From: Eledone cirrhosa
Taxonomy: Eukaryota
Length of the DNA: 64,000 nucleotides
Direction: 5' to 3'
Assembly (NCBI GenBank): GCA_964016885.1
Contig: OZ024766.1
Span: 19,902,001 to 19,966,000 of the forward strand
Position numbers and translations under genes: made by a program. The notes below the pieces were generated by a model, which saw only the letters and a list, made by a program, of their open reading frames with translations, was not told where the DNA came from and made no database searches. Positions 26,380-39,605 of this stretch are shown here, piece after piece; the stretch's first letter is position 1; each line of letters begins with the position of its first letter.

Positions 26380-27205
26380 ATCATAGTTTTACGTCCGTTT
26401 TTCAGTCCTGGCATGGGTTGGATGGGTCCTTTTAAGCACAACATCTCCCCCACTCGCTTGTTCCTTCGTTATCTCCTCTGTGAGTCTCAGCAATTTGAGA
26501 TCAGCTCTCACCACATCTATCCTGGTCTTCCTTGGTCTACCTTTACTATGGCTTCCCTCTTCTGGTATTCCCTGGCACTTCTTTAACCAGTGATCACCAT
26601 CCATGGATATCACATATCCCTACTAAAGCAGTCTTCTCTCTTGCACACCACTTAGGTTTCCTCTGAAGTCTAATTTCTTCCTCAATTTATCCAAGCTCTG
26701 ACTTCCTCTCACATTTACGTTGCACATCCAACGAAGCATGGTCGCTCCATTTCTCTCCACCTAGATAGCGGAAGCTATCTTTGTGTACAGTTTATGCCTA
26801 CTCCTTTCCTACATATGTAGTAGGGTCATTTATTCTCTAGTTCTTTTATGGAGTCCGCTATAAGGACCAGATCATTCACATAGACTGTTTCCCGTGAACA
26901 GCCAGTCTTAAACCCATTGGTTATGGCCTGGAGAACTATGATGAACAGCAGTGGGTTGTGAACTGAACCATGATGAACACCTACCTGTACATTGAATTCT
27001 TCACTAAACTCCCTTCCTACTCTCACTTTACTGACAGCTCCTCTGTACATGGCTTGCACTGCTCTCACAAGCCATTCTACACCTAAATTTCTGAAGGACC
27101 ACCAGATAACAGAGTGAGGTACTCTGCCAAAGGCCTTTTCTAGATCTATAAAAGCTAAATATTGCAGCTTAATCTTGTCTAGGAACCTCTCTTGTAGTTG
27201 TGTCA
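26380..27205 (-). mobile_element. Decayed RTE-like LINE fragment
   Basis: FIDLEKAFGRV, VGVHHGSV and GRPRKT motifs, with internal deletions. Confidence 0.85.
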
Positions 27206-27289
27206 CTAACAAGTTTCATCAGTAATTCCAAAGAGAATATCAATTATATGTGTGTGTGTGTGTTGAGCAATGAACATAAAACAAAAGAA

Positions 27290-30200
27290 TACCTTGAGGA
27301 GAAGAATATGGAAGTTGAAGGACCCCACAGCCAGTAATGAAGAGCAATTAGAGATGTACAATATAGAGGAACAGTGGAAATTCTTGAAAGTGAACCTGCT
27401 GAAAGTGACGGATGAAATATGTGGCTGGAGCAGACCTATAGGCAGGAGAATAGAAAGTTCAAGCATGTTCTACAACAAGAGGACCAAAGATGTGAGGTGT
27501 TCAGGATTGCTAGACAATGTGTCAAGGAAAATCGTGATACTGTCAGGGAGAAGTGTGTCCTTAATGATGATGGTGTACTTTCCCTCACTGATACTGATAA
27601 GAAGGTAGCTTGGAAGTGTCACTACGAGAGGCTACTAAATGAGGAGAATAAATGGAAAAAAGATAGTCTGCCCCAAATCGATCCAATAGAAGGACCAGCA
27701 TTGCAAGTTAAAGGTTGTATAATAAGTAAGGTAATCAAAGATATGAAGACAGGCAAGGCAGCTGGCCCTTCGCAGATAGTTGCTGAGATGTTGAAAGCAT
27801 CTGGAATGGTGGGACATACTATGGTCACCCAGATAGTAAACCAAGTAATACAGAATGGGGTCATACCAAAGGACTGGTGTAGCAGTCATTAACTCTAAAG
27901 GAGATGCTCTAGATAGGGGAAACTATAGAGGCATTAAGTTAGTTGACCAGGTCATGAAGGTCACAGAGAGCGAATTGATCTAGGTGAAATGCAGTTTGAG
28001 TTTGTGTCAGGTAAAAGTACCACAGACGCTCTTTTCCTTGTACGACAACTACAGGAGAAATACCTAGCTAAAAGTAAACCCCTCTTTTGTAGACCTGGAG
28101 AAAGCCTTTGACAGAGTCCCCCGCTCCATTATCTGGTGGGCTCTTAGAAAACTAGGTGTAGATGAATGGCTTGTGGGAGCTATACGAGCCATGTATAATG
28201 AAACAGTCAGTAAGGTTAGAATTAACAATGAATACAGTGAAGAATTTAGTGTAAAAGTTGGTGCTCATCAAGGCTCTGTCCTTAGCCCCCTCTTATTTAT
28301 TATTGCCCTTCAGGCTATAACAGTGGAGTTCAAGACTGGCTGCCCATGGGAACTCCTATACGCAGATGATCTAACGCTCATAGCGGAATCAATGGCTGAG
28401 CTAGAGAAGAAATTCCAAACATGGAAGCATGGCCTAGAATCAAAAGGCCTTAAAGTTAACTTGTCTAAGACTAAAGTTCTAGTTTGTAGGAAGGAAAATA
28501 GGGCACAGGTGCCCTCTGGGAAATGGCCATGCTCAGTGTGTAGGAAAGGAGGAGGCGGGAGTAGGAGTAGTATGGGTACATAAAAGATGTAGTGGGATCA
28601 CAGGTAAACTATCTAAGAACGTAGACTTTATATGTGGCCGATGCTCAGGTGCAATAAGTAGCAAGTGTCCACAGGATACTAGCTCCTTCTATTGCCCAGA
28701 TGGTTCTATAGAAATAGTAGACACTTTCCGTTACCTGGGTGACGAAATCAGCAGTGGTGGAGGGTGTTCTGAAAGTACAGAAGCCAGAGTCAGAACAGGA
28801 TGGAAAAAGTTCAGAGAGCTTATACTGCTGTTGGCCGCTAAAGGTTTCTCTCTAAAAATGAAAGGTAGACTGTATGATGTCTGTATACGAACAGCAATGC
28901 TACATGGCAGTGAGACTTGGGCATTACGCTCATAGCTGAATCAATGGCTGAACTAGAGAAGAAATTCCAAACATGGAAGCATGGCCTTGAATCAAAAGGC
29001 CTTAAAGTTAACTTGTCTAAGACTAAAGTTCTAGTATGTAGGAAGGAAAATAGGGCACAGGTGCCCTCTGGGAAATGGCCATGGTCAGTGTGTAGGAAAG
29101 GAGTAGGCAGAAATTCAATTTTATGTCCCAAATGCCAAGTATGGGTACATAAAAGATGTAGTGGGATCACAGGTAAACTATCTAAGAACGTAGACTTTAT
29201 ATGTGGCCGATGCTCAGGTGCAATAAGTAGCAAGTACCCACAGAATACTAGCTCCTTCTATTGCCCAGATGGTTCTATAGAAATAGTAGACACTTTCCGT
29301 TACCTGGGTGACGAAATCAGCAGTGGTGGAGGGTGTTCTGAAAGTACAGAAGCCAGAGTCAGAACGGGATGGAAAAAGTTCAGAGAGCTTATACCGCTGT
29401 TGGCCGCTAAAGGTTTCTCTCTAAAAATGAAAGGTAGACTGTATGATGTCTGTATACGAACAGCAATGCTACATGGCAGTGAGACTTGGGCATTACGCTC
29501 ATAGCTGAATCAATGGCTGAACTAGAGAAGAAATTCCAAACATGGAAGCATGGCCTTGAATCAAAAGGCCTTAAAGTTAACTTGTCTAAGACTAAAGTTC
29601 TAGTATGTAGGAAGGAAAATAGGGCACAGGTGCCCTCTGGGAAATGGCCATGGTCAGTGTGTAGGAAAGGAGTAGGTAGAAATTCCATTTTATGTCCCAA
29701 ATACAAACTATGGGTACATAACAGACGTACTGGGAACACAGGCCAGCTATCTAAGAACGTAGATTTTATATGTGGCCGATGCTCAGGTGCAATAAGTAGC
29801 AAGTACCCACAGAATACTAGCTCCTTCTATTGCCCAGATGGTTCTATAGAAATAGTAGACACTTTCCGTTACCTGGGTGACGAAATCAGCAGTGGTGGAG
29901 GGTGTTCTGAAAGTACAGAAGCCAGAGTCAGAACGGGATGGAAAAAGTTCAGAGAGCTTATACCGCTGTTGGCCGCTAAAGGTTTCTCTCTAAAAATGAA
30001 AGGTAGACTGTATGATGTCTGTATACGAACAGCAATGCTACATGGCAGTGAGACTTGGGCATTACGCTCATAGCTGAATCAATGGCTGAACTAGAGAAGA
30101 AATTCCAAACATGGAAGCATGGCCTTGAATCAAAAGGCCTTAAAGTTAACTTGTCTAAGACTAAAGTTCTAGTATGTAGGAAGGAAAATAGGGCACAGGT

Positions 30201-30640
30201 GCCCTCTGGGAAATGGCCATGGTCAGTGTGTAGGAAAGGAGTAGGCAGAAATTCAATTTTATGTCCCAAATGCCAAGTATGGGTACATAAAAGATGTAGT
30301 GGGATCACAGGTAAACTATCTAAGAACGTAGACTTTATATGTGGCCGATGCTCAGGTGCAATAAGTAGCAAGTGCCCACAGAATACTAGCTCTGAAAGTG
30401 TTCTGAAAGTACAGAAGCCAGAGTCAGAACGGGATGGAAAAAGTTCAGAGAGCTTATACCGCTGTTGGCCGCTAAAGGTTTCTCTCTAAAAATGAAAGGT
30501 AGACTGTATGATGTCTGTATACGAACAACAATGTTACATGGCAGTGGGACTGGAAAGACTGGAGAGGAACGAAGCTTGCATGCTCCGTTGGATGTGTAAT
30601 AGTAATATACGTGAACGGCAAAGCATAAATGAACCACGTG
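27290..30640 (+). mobile_element. RTE-clade LINE relic (RT with embedded PHD-like finger) carrying three extra 569-bp tandem copies
   Basis: DLEKAFDRV, HQGSVLSPLLF, LLYADDL, FRYLG and HGSETW motifs, with frameshifts. Repeated ORFs start at 28917, 29486 and 30055. Confidence 0.9.
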
Positions 30641-30939
30641 ATGAGCATGAAAGACGACAACTGCATAAAAAATTGATGGTAGTTACGGAGTAGGTAGACC
30701 CAGAAAAACCTGGGACGATCTGATAAATTCTGACCTTACACACTTGTACCTCTCTAAGACAATGTCACTGGACCGAGATCTTTGGCGCTACGCAGTAATA
30801 CAGAAGACCCGCCTTGCCTATGTACAAAGCGAAACCTACAGTCAGTAGGTAACTCTTAACCAAATATACACCCCAACCCACTACTCTTACCCTATCCTCC
30901 CACTCCCACCAACACCACCCTCTCTCTGTAAAGTTGGTA

Positions 30940-31227
30940 CCACAACATCCAGTCCAAATAAATGAGATCGAGGTCGTGTAGGTGTCACAACAAAACACAC
31001 AGTCCATGCTGTAATGTAGCCGTGTAGGTAACACGGTAAAAAGTTCACAGTTCCACACTGTAAATGTGGTTGGTGTTAGGAAGGGCACCCAGCCGTAGAA
31101 AACCTGCCAGATAGTCCTATATGAGCGAGACACGGTCACCCGACCAACCTTGCCTCAAGTGGCACAACTCCCGTCTAACCCATACTAGCGTGGAAGATGG
31201 ACGTTAAATGATGATGATGATGATGAT
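30940..31227 (+). mobile_element. SINE 3' part ending in (ATG)n
   Basis: ggttggtgttaggaagggcacccagccgtagaaa...ggacgttaaatgatgatg. Confidence 0.7.
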
Positions 31228-31230
31228 ATG

Positions 31231-31259
<29 letters not shown>

Positions 31260-31261
<2 letters not shown>

Positions 31262-33225
31262 CATCATCATCATCATCATCATTTTACATCCGCTTTTCCC
31301 TGCTTGCAAGGGAGGGACGGGTCTTATTCAGCACAGCATCTCTCCACTTGTCAAGGTCCTTCGTCATCTCCACCGTGAGCTTCAGCGATCTGAGGTCTGT
31401 TCTCACCACCTCCGCCCATGTTTTCCGTGGTCTACCTCTATCACGTCTTCCTTCAACTGGCATTTCCTGGCACTTCTTCACCCATCGGTCATCCTCCATG
31501 CGCATCACATGTCCATACCACCTCAGTCTCCTCTCCCGTACACTACATTCTATCCCTCTCAGCACATCACATGTCCATACCACCTCAGTCTCCTCTCCCG
31601 TACACTACATTCTATCCCTCTCAGACACAGTTTCTCTCTCAACACATCCATGCTTGGTCGTTCACACACATTGACATTGCACATCCAACGGAGCATGCTC
31701 TCTGCAGTTGCTGCCCATGTCTCACTACCATGCAGCATCACGCTCCTCACACAGGCATCATATAACCGGCCTTTCGTACGCAGGGAGAAACCCTTCTTCG
31801 TCAGCAGCTCCCTAAACTTCTTCCAACCCGTCCTTATTCTAGATACTATGGCCTCGGAACACCCTCCTCCCATGCTAATCTGATACCGGAAGCTATCCAC
31901 CACTTCTATAGCACCCACCTGCATTTGAAAAATGTGTCTATCAATGCGACTTCTACTGTCTAATTTCCCTGTACATCTACTGCATACATATTTCTCCCTA
32001 CCTGTTAGTTTGCCTGCTATCCCGCTACATCTCTTGTGTACCCAGGATCTGCATTGTGTGCATTTTATAGAATTTATGCCAGTTTCTTTCCTACATATCG
32101 AACATGGCCATTTCCCTGATGGAATCAGAGTTTTGTCCTGAACGGGCTGAGGACGGAACCTTGATGTACTCCTACTTGTATCTGGAATTCCTCACTAAAC
32201 TCCACTCCTACCCTGACTTTACTGAGAGTACCTCTGTACAAAGTTTGCACTATCCTCACAAGCCATTCCTCAACACCTAGTTTCCTTAGGGACCACCAGA
32301 TCACAGATCGGGGTACCCTATCAAAGGCCTTCTCTAGGTCAACAAAGTCTAAGTATAGTGGCTTATTTTTCTCTAAGAACCTATCTTGTAATTGTCTCAC
32401 CAAGAAGAGGGCATCTGTTGTACTCTTCCCAGGCACAAAACCAAACTGCATCTCATTTAGTTTGACCCTTTCTCTAATTAGTTGTGCTAATATCCTTTCT
32501 GCCACTTTCATAACCTGATCTATCAGTTTTATACCCCTATAATTGCTCCTCTCCAAAGCATCCCCTTTACCTTGGTAGCAATTTATGAGAATACTGCTGC
32601 ACCAGTCTTTGGGTATGACACCACCATATATAGCCTGATTGATGATGCGTGCAACCAGTTTAGTGCCTACGTCCCCTGATGCCTTCAGCATCTCACACAA
32701 CTATCCCCGACGGTCCAGCGGCCTTACCATTTTTCATTTCCTTAATCGCCTCTTGGACCCTGTATTTGTCAATCTCAATAGCTGGTCCCTTTGTCAGATC
32801 TACTGAGGGTAATTTCTCTCTCTCCCATTCGTTCTCCACATTCATCAGTCCCTCATAATGACATTTCCAGGCCTCCTTCTTCTGATCATTCGTGACACTA
32901 AGTACACCGGCATCATTCCGGACACATTTATCTCCAACAACATCCCGATTTACACTGACACACTGCCTTGCAATGTGGAACACCGCACGCCTCTGATCTT
33001 CCCGTCACAGAACATTGGCAAACCTCCTACTCTCAGCCTCCCTGCGTGCTAAGTACACCTGATGTCTAGCTTCTCTCTTAACGGCTGTATATCCTTCTCT
33101 ACTCCCACCCTTTTTCCAAGCCTTCCATGCTAGTCTTTTGTCTCTAAAAGGTCACTCTCTGTCTGGTTGGAGCTTTGCTCCAGCCACAAGTTTCATCAGT
33201 AGCCTGCAGTAAGTTGTCACGTAAG
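31260..33225 (-). mobile_element. RTE-clade LINE relic, second subfamily, with intact 3' end and (ATG)n tail
   Basis: NYRGIKL, QFGFVPGKST, DLEKAFDRV, RLRWYGHV and GRPRKTW motifs. Confidence 0.9.
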
Positions 33226-33685
33226 AAATATATATCTACAGTTTATCAATATAGAAATATAAAATTTCAACCATTAAATCTATCTCTGTTTCTAAAGTAT
33301 TCTGTATTATCTCATATTGTTTCTTTCTTATTTCAGAATACCAGATGACATTCGGATAAATTATTATTTTCAATCTCGGATACTTCACCTCTATTTATCA
33401 TAATTTTAAGACTAAAACATTTTAAACAGAACTTATATAACACTGTTTATATAAATCTATAGTTCAATTACTGTGAAACATTTCCTCAGAACTGAGTTTA
33501 TTTTCTTCACTGTGAGATGGTTTTGTATTTTAACTAAACTTGGGTGAAACATAAGTTTGTATTATCTTCAAATATTAACTGAAATCACAGTTGAGGGAAA
33601 TATAGAAGAAGGAATATTTTTAGGAATATAATATAAGAAATATTACAAGAAAACATTTGTATATTCTGTTCCAGAAAACATCATT

Positions 33686-35125
33686 ATGCAAAATAAATTG
33701 ACTGAGAAGATTAAATGTGAAACACAATCTAAAGTGTTTAGTATTCCTGGTGAAATGACAAAGGTTAGAGACGAGAAGCCATATCACTGTGATATCTGTG
33801 GTAAATCACTCTCTCGAAGTAGTAACTTAACTATTCACAAGCGTATACATACAGGAGAGAAGCCATACCACTGTGATATCTGTGGTAAATCATTCTCTGA
33901 AAGTGGTCACTTAACTAGAAACAAACGTATACATACAGGCGACAAGCCATGCCACTGTGATATCTGTGGTAAATCATTCTCTGAAAGTGGTCACTTAACT
34001 AGACACAAACGTATACATACAGGCGACAAGCCATACCACTGTGAGATCTGTGGTAAATCATTCTCTGATTGTACTGCCTTAACCGGCCACAAACGTATAC
34101 ATACAGGAGAGAAGCCATATCACTGTGATATCTGTGGTAAAACATTCAATAAACATAGTACCTTAACTCGCCACAATGGTATACATACAGGAGAGAAGCC
34201 ATATTGTGATATCTGTGGTAAATCATTCTGTGATGGTAGTACCTTAACTAGCCACAAACGTACACACGCAGGAAACAAGCCATATCACTGTGATATCTGT
34301 GGTAAATCATTCTCTGTCAGTATTGCATTAACTATACACAAACGTATACATACAGGAGAGAAGCCATTTCACTGTGATATCTGTGGTAAGTCATTCTCTG
34401 TAAATAGTTCCTTAACTAGCCACAAACATATACATACAGGAAACAAGCCATACCACTGTGATATCTGTGGTAAATCATTCTCTATAAGTAGTAACTTAAC
34501 TAAACACAAACGTATACATACAGGAGACAAGCCATACCACTGTGATATCTGTGGTAAATCATTCTCTAATGGTAGTTCCTTAACTATACACAAACGTACA
34601 CATACAGGAAACAAGCCATATCACTGTGATATCTATGGTAAATCATTCTCTGTAAGTAGTACCTTAACTAAACACAAATGTATACATACAGGAGACAAGC
34701 CATACCATTGCGATATCTGTGGTAAATCATACTCTGTAAGTAGTAACTTAACTAAACACAAACATATACATACAGGAGACAAGCCATACCACTGTGATAT
34801 CTGTGGTAAAGCATTCTCTCGTAGTTATACCTTAACTACACACAAACGTATACATACAGGAGACAAGCCATACCACTGTGATATCTGTGGTAAATCATTC
34901 TCTGAAAGTGGTAACTTAATTACACACAAACGTATACATACAGGAGACAAGCCATACCACTGTGATATCTGTGGTAAATCATTCTCTAATGGTAGTTCCT
35001 TAACTATACACAAACGTACACATACAGGAAACAAGCCATACCACTGCGATATCTGTGGTAAATTATTCTCTGCATCAAGTAGTTTAACTAGACACAAATA
35101 TACCCACATGGGTGAGAACCCATAA
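33686..35125 (+). CDS. C2H2 zinc-finger protein, 16 fingers (a few degenerate)
   Basis: Intact 479-aa ORF. Acceptor tttcag ends at 33336. One His>Asn, one Cys>Tyr and one single-codon deletion. Confidence 0.9.
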   Translation: MQNKLTEKIKCETQSKVFSIPGEMTKVRDEKPYHCDICGKSLSRSSNLTIHKRIHTGEKPYHCDICGKSFSESGHLTRNKRIHTGDKPCHCDICGKSFSESGHLTRHKRIHTGDKPYHCEICGKSFSDCTALTGHKRIHTGEKPYHCDICGKTFNKHSTLTRHNGIHTGEKPYCDICGKSFCDGSTLTSHKRTHAGNKPYHCDICGKSFSVSIALTIHKRIHTGEKPFHCDICGKSFSVNSSLTSHKHIHTGNKPYHCDICGKSFSISSNLTKHKRIHTGDKPYHCDICGKSFSNGSSLTIHKRTHTGNKPYHCDIYGKSFSVSSTLTKHKCIHTGDKPYHCDICGKSYSVSSNLTKHKHIHTGDKPYHCDICGKAFSRSYTLTTHKRIHTGDKPYHCDICGKSFSESGNLITHKRIHTGDKPYHCDICGKSFSNGSSLTIHKRTHTGNKPYHCDICGKLFSASSSLTRHKYTHMGENP

Positions 35126-35324
35126 CCAAAAAAATATCTCATTGTCTGACAATGGTGAATTAAACACAAATACATTCATATGAGAAGCCATGCCACTGTG
35201 CTATTCTCTTTCATTGCTACTTAACTTCATACAAACATATATATACTGGAGAAAAGCCAATCACTAATATTTGTGGTAAATTGTTATCCATGATAGCTTG
35301 TTCAATTAGACACAAACATATACA

Positions 35325-36012
35325 TACAGGAGAGAAATCATATCACTGTGATATCTGTGGGAAATCATTCTCTGAAATAACTCACTTCATTCGGCACTAA
35401 CATTTACAGGAGAGGAACCATATCACTGTGATGTCTGCAGTAAATCATTCTCTAAATGTTGTGGCTTCACTAGACACTAACATATACAGGAGAGGAACTA
35501 TATCACTGTGGTGTCTGTGGTAAATCATTGTCTAAATGTTGTGGCTTCACTAGACACTAACATATACAGGAGAGGAACTATATCACTGTGATGTCTGCAG
35601 TAAATCCTTCTCTAAATATTGTGGCTTCACTAGACACTAACATATACAGGAGAGGAACTATATCACTGTGATGTCTGCAGTAAATCCTTCTCTAAATATT
35701 GTGGCTTCACTAGACAATAACATTTACAGGAGAGGAACTATATCACTGTCATGTCTGTGGTAAATCATTCTCTAAATGTTGTGGCTTTACTAGACACTAA
35801 CATATACAGGAGAGGAACTATATCACTGTGATGTCTGTGGTAAATCATTGTCTAAATGTTGTGGCTTCACTAGACACTAACATATACAGGAGAGGAACCA
35901 TATCACTGTGATGTCTGTGGTAAATCATTCTTTAAATGTTGTAGCTTTACTAGACACTAACTAATACAGGAGAGGAACTATATCACTGTGATGTCTGTGG
36001 TAAATCATTCTC
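35325..36012 (+). repeat. 80-bp ZF-derived non-coding tandem repeat (also at ~42810-43267, ~51685-51985, ~59147-59369)
   Basis: Unit catatacaggagaggaactatatcactgtgatgtctgtggtaaatcatt...tagacactaa, period 80, containing stops. Confidence 0.9.
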
Positions 36013-36899
36013 TTGTAAAAATTACTTAATGCAACACAATCAGACAAGATAAAAACCATATCACTCACCCAAAATAGTGCCACCAATGTTAATATTTTGA
36101 ATAAAACTGTTTTACTAAGAAATTCTTCTCCTTTCATTTTATTTGTAGAAGTTGTAACCAAGACTTGTGCTGACAAATCTGTATTATTCAGAATTTACAT
36201 ACGCTATATATATGTGAATGTATGTGTGTAGAAATTTGTGTCCCCTTTTGTTTGTTGCATATGTAGTGGATAAATGTATTCTTTTGTGTATGAATGATAA
36301 AAAGAATAATGCCAGAATTGTGATGTTGACAATGTTTATTTTACAATAACAATATTAACTTGTTGCTACATTGAATATCAAGTAATAAAAATTGTGACAG
36401 GAATTATCACTACATCAATTTGCTGACTAGCTACTTCGAGCTAGCGTGCATGTATGTATCAATACAACGATACAATAGAAGTGATTCAACAGAAAGACAA
36501 AAGAATAGATAAAAAACAGTAGTAAACAGTATAATGAAATCTACTGAGTGTGTGTGTATCCTTAGTATTTGTTATTCCTCTCAAGGACTGCTGCTTTGGT
36601 CTCTATTGTCTGGTGGCGTAGTCTGTGGCCAAGAAGGTGAGAGCCAGTAAGGCCAGGAGAGAGAGATAGAGTAAAAGGTCAGTAGAAGTCTGTAGACCCC
36701 AAGAGGTCTGTAGAACGTGAATGTTTCATATCGTTATTCTCTTAAGGACTACTGCTTCGTGGTCTGGCTGCTGGATTCCCTTTGTACTTGTATTTATAAT
36801 AACCCTATAGCTACATGTGTATACGGGGTTGATTTATGAGTAGCCATGTGAGTTTCAGATATCTTGAAGCTGGGGTCACAGGTCCAGTGGCATGTATGT

Positions 36900-37870
36900 T
36901 TATCATTGTTGTCTCTTGACAGGACAATGGTGGGAAACTCGCAACGATAGGTGGTCCCAGATGCGAGAACTTTTAGATTCGGTTTTGAATCTTCGCCAGG
37001 TAATTTATAGGAGAATTCCGTTTACACATATTTTGATGACATAGATGGCAACTTAAAGTATGTCACAGTACTGAAATATGCAGATGACATCGAGCTGTCC
37101 CTTGAGATAAAAATGACAGATCCTGAACACTATAGATCTGGACACAATGCAGCAATGGACCACGGACTGGCAACTGAAGCTGGCTGTATACAAGTGTACG
37201 ACCATGCATTTATCTATCTATTTAAAGCTGTAAATAGCTATGGTGTGGCCATACTTAGAAATTGAATCACCAGTCTGGAACCCCTATCTTGCTCAAATTA
37301 TTGACCTCCTGGAAATGGTTTAGAGACGTGCAACCAAGTGAATACCCTCCATCAAGCATCTACCATACTCTGAATGCCTTGCCTCCCTGGGTATGGATAC
37401 ATTGAAGGTCCGACGTCTGGAACTTGCTACTTATTGCACCTGAGCATCAGCCACATATAAAATCTACTTTCTTAGATAGCTGGCCTGTGTTCCCAGTACG
37501 TCTGTTATGTACCCATAGTTTGTATTTGGGACATAAAATGGAATTTCTACCTACTCCTTTTCTACACACTGAACATGGCCATTTCCCAGAGGGCACCTGT
37601 GCCCTATTTTCCTTCCTACAAACTAGAACTTTAGTCTTAGTCAAGTTAACTTTGAGGCTTTTTGATTCTAGGCCATGCTTCCATATTTGGAATTTCTTAT
37701 CTAGTTCAGGTGTTAGATAATCTGTGTATAGAAGTTCCCATGGGCAGCCAGTCTTAAACTCCTCTGTTTTAGCCTGAAGGGCAATAATAAATAAGAGGGG
37801 GCTAAGGACAGAGCCTTGATGAAAACCAACTTTTATACTAAATTCTTCACTGTATTCATTGGTAATTCTC
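36900..37870. mobile_element. CR1-like fragment (+) fused to an RTE RT/PHD fragment (-), repeated in every unit (~44150-45120, ~52870-53840, ~60255-61225)
   Basis: VLKYADD/E and LGMDTLKVRRL on the plus strand; KWPCSVCRKGVGRN on the minus strand. Confidence 0.75.
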
Positions 37871-38891
37871 TATATATATATATATATATATACACATATT
37901 TATGTATATATATATATATACACATATTTATGTGTATGTATATATATATATATATACACATATTTATGTGTATATATATATATATTTACTACTCCACATT
38001 CTTCGTCTAAGTATAATTTGTAATGTTATTTACAAAACTAGGAATAAAATAATTCTTGAGATATTTACTGCGAACCTGTACTTTCTCTATATCTTTTTCG
38101 GACCTGGTGTGGATATATATATATATATATTTTTTATTTTTTATCTATTTCATATTTGTAATGTTATTTATACAACTAGGAATAAAATAATTCTTCCCCT
38201 AATCCTTACCATTCACTGCGAGACTGTACTTGCTGTTCGGACCTGATATATATATATATATATAAATATATATTTACTACAGCACATTAGTCGTCTCTCT
38301 ATAATTTATAATGTTATTTATATAAATAGGAATAAAATAATTCTTACTCTAAACCTTACCATTCACTGCGAGACTCTACTGTCTTTACTTCCTGTTCCTG
38401 CCCCACCTACTTTCGTTCATTCATTAATTTACTTCAAACTCAATCAATTCCTGCCTCTTTCTTCTATATTTTATATTTTCAAGGTATTTCAACAATTTTT
38501 ATCTGTTTTACGTTTCTTTCATTAATTTATTCCGTTTTATATTTAAAATATTTCTGACTAATTTTTCCCGTATTTTCTGTCTAAATATTTATATACTTTA
38601 TATATATAAAGTATATATAAATATGTATATATAAATATATGTGTATATATATATGTATTCATGTATATATATATGTGTATATGTATTGTATATATATACA
38701 TTATACATACTAGACAAGATAATACACCTACACATCTCATATAAGAATACGGATAGGCTATGTAGCCGGTAAAACCAAAAGGGGTGAAACACATATTGCT
38801 ATAGTGTTTCACCAGCTCTTCCTCAATCATTCATAGATGTGAGTGCATATAATAATTATTTTGTATAATGTGTCTATTTATAAATATATAT

Positions 38892-39605
38892 GAGTAGATG
38901 TGTGTATAACTCAGTAGATGTGTGTGTAACTCAGTAGATGTGTATATAACTCAGTAGATGTGTGTGTAACTCAGTAGATGTGTCTGTAACTCAGTAGATG
39001 TGTGTGTAACTCAGTAGATGTGTGTGTAACTCAGTAGATGTGTGTATAACTCTGTAGATGTGTGTAACTCAGTAGATGTGTGTGTAACTCAGGAGATGTG
39101 TGTGTAACTCGGTAGATGTGTGTATAACTCAGTAGATGTGTGTGTAATTCAGTAGAAGTGTGTATAACTCAGTAGATGTGTGTATAACTCAGTAGATGTG
39201 TGTATAACTCAGTAGATGTGTGTATAACTCAGTAGATGTGTGTGTAACTCAGTAGATGTGTGTGTAACTCTGTAGATGTGTGTATAACTCAGTAGATGTG
39301 TGTGTACCTCAGTAGATGTGTGTGTAACTAAGTAGATGTGTGTGTAACTCAGTAGATGTGTGTGTAACTCAGTAGATGTGTGTGTAACTCAGTAGATGTG
39401 TATGTAACTCAGTAGATGTGTATGTAACTCAGTAGATGTGTATGTAACTCAGTAGATATGGGTATAACTCAGTAGATGTGTGTGTAACTCAGTAGATGTG
39501 TGTGTAACTCAGATGTGTGTAACTCATTAGATGTATATAACTCAGTAGATGTGCGTATAACTCAGTAGATGTGTGTGTAGCTCAGTAGATGTGTATGTAA
39601 CTCAA
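38892..39605 (+). repeat. ~20-bp minisatellite aactcagtagatgtgtgtgt (also at ~46226-46618, ~54856-55435, ~62257-62652)
   Basis: Direct inspection. Copy number differs between units. Confidence 0.95.

Noticed and set aside
35961-36176. Recurrent small ORFs (MSAQVLVTT..., MPRVAMCENP..., MHMYIIII...)
   Set aside because: They recur only because of recent segmental duplication. They have no recognisable domain and overlap UTR or SINE sequence.
38785-38832. Hammerhead-like motif in each ZNF unit (minus strand TTGAGGA...GAAAcac...gtgTT)
   Set aside because: C3 is mutated and there is no credible stem II. It is explained by a simple ggtgaaacac/gtgtttcacc inverted repeat.
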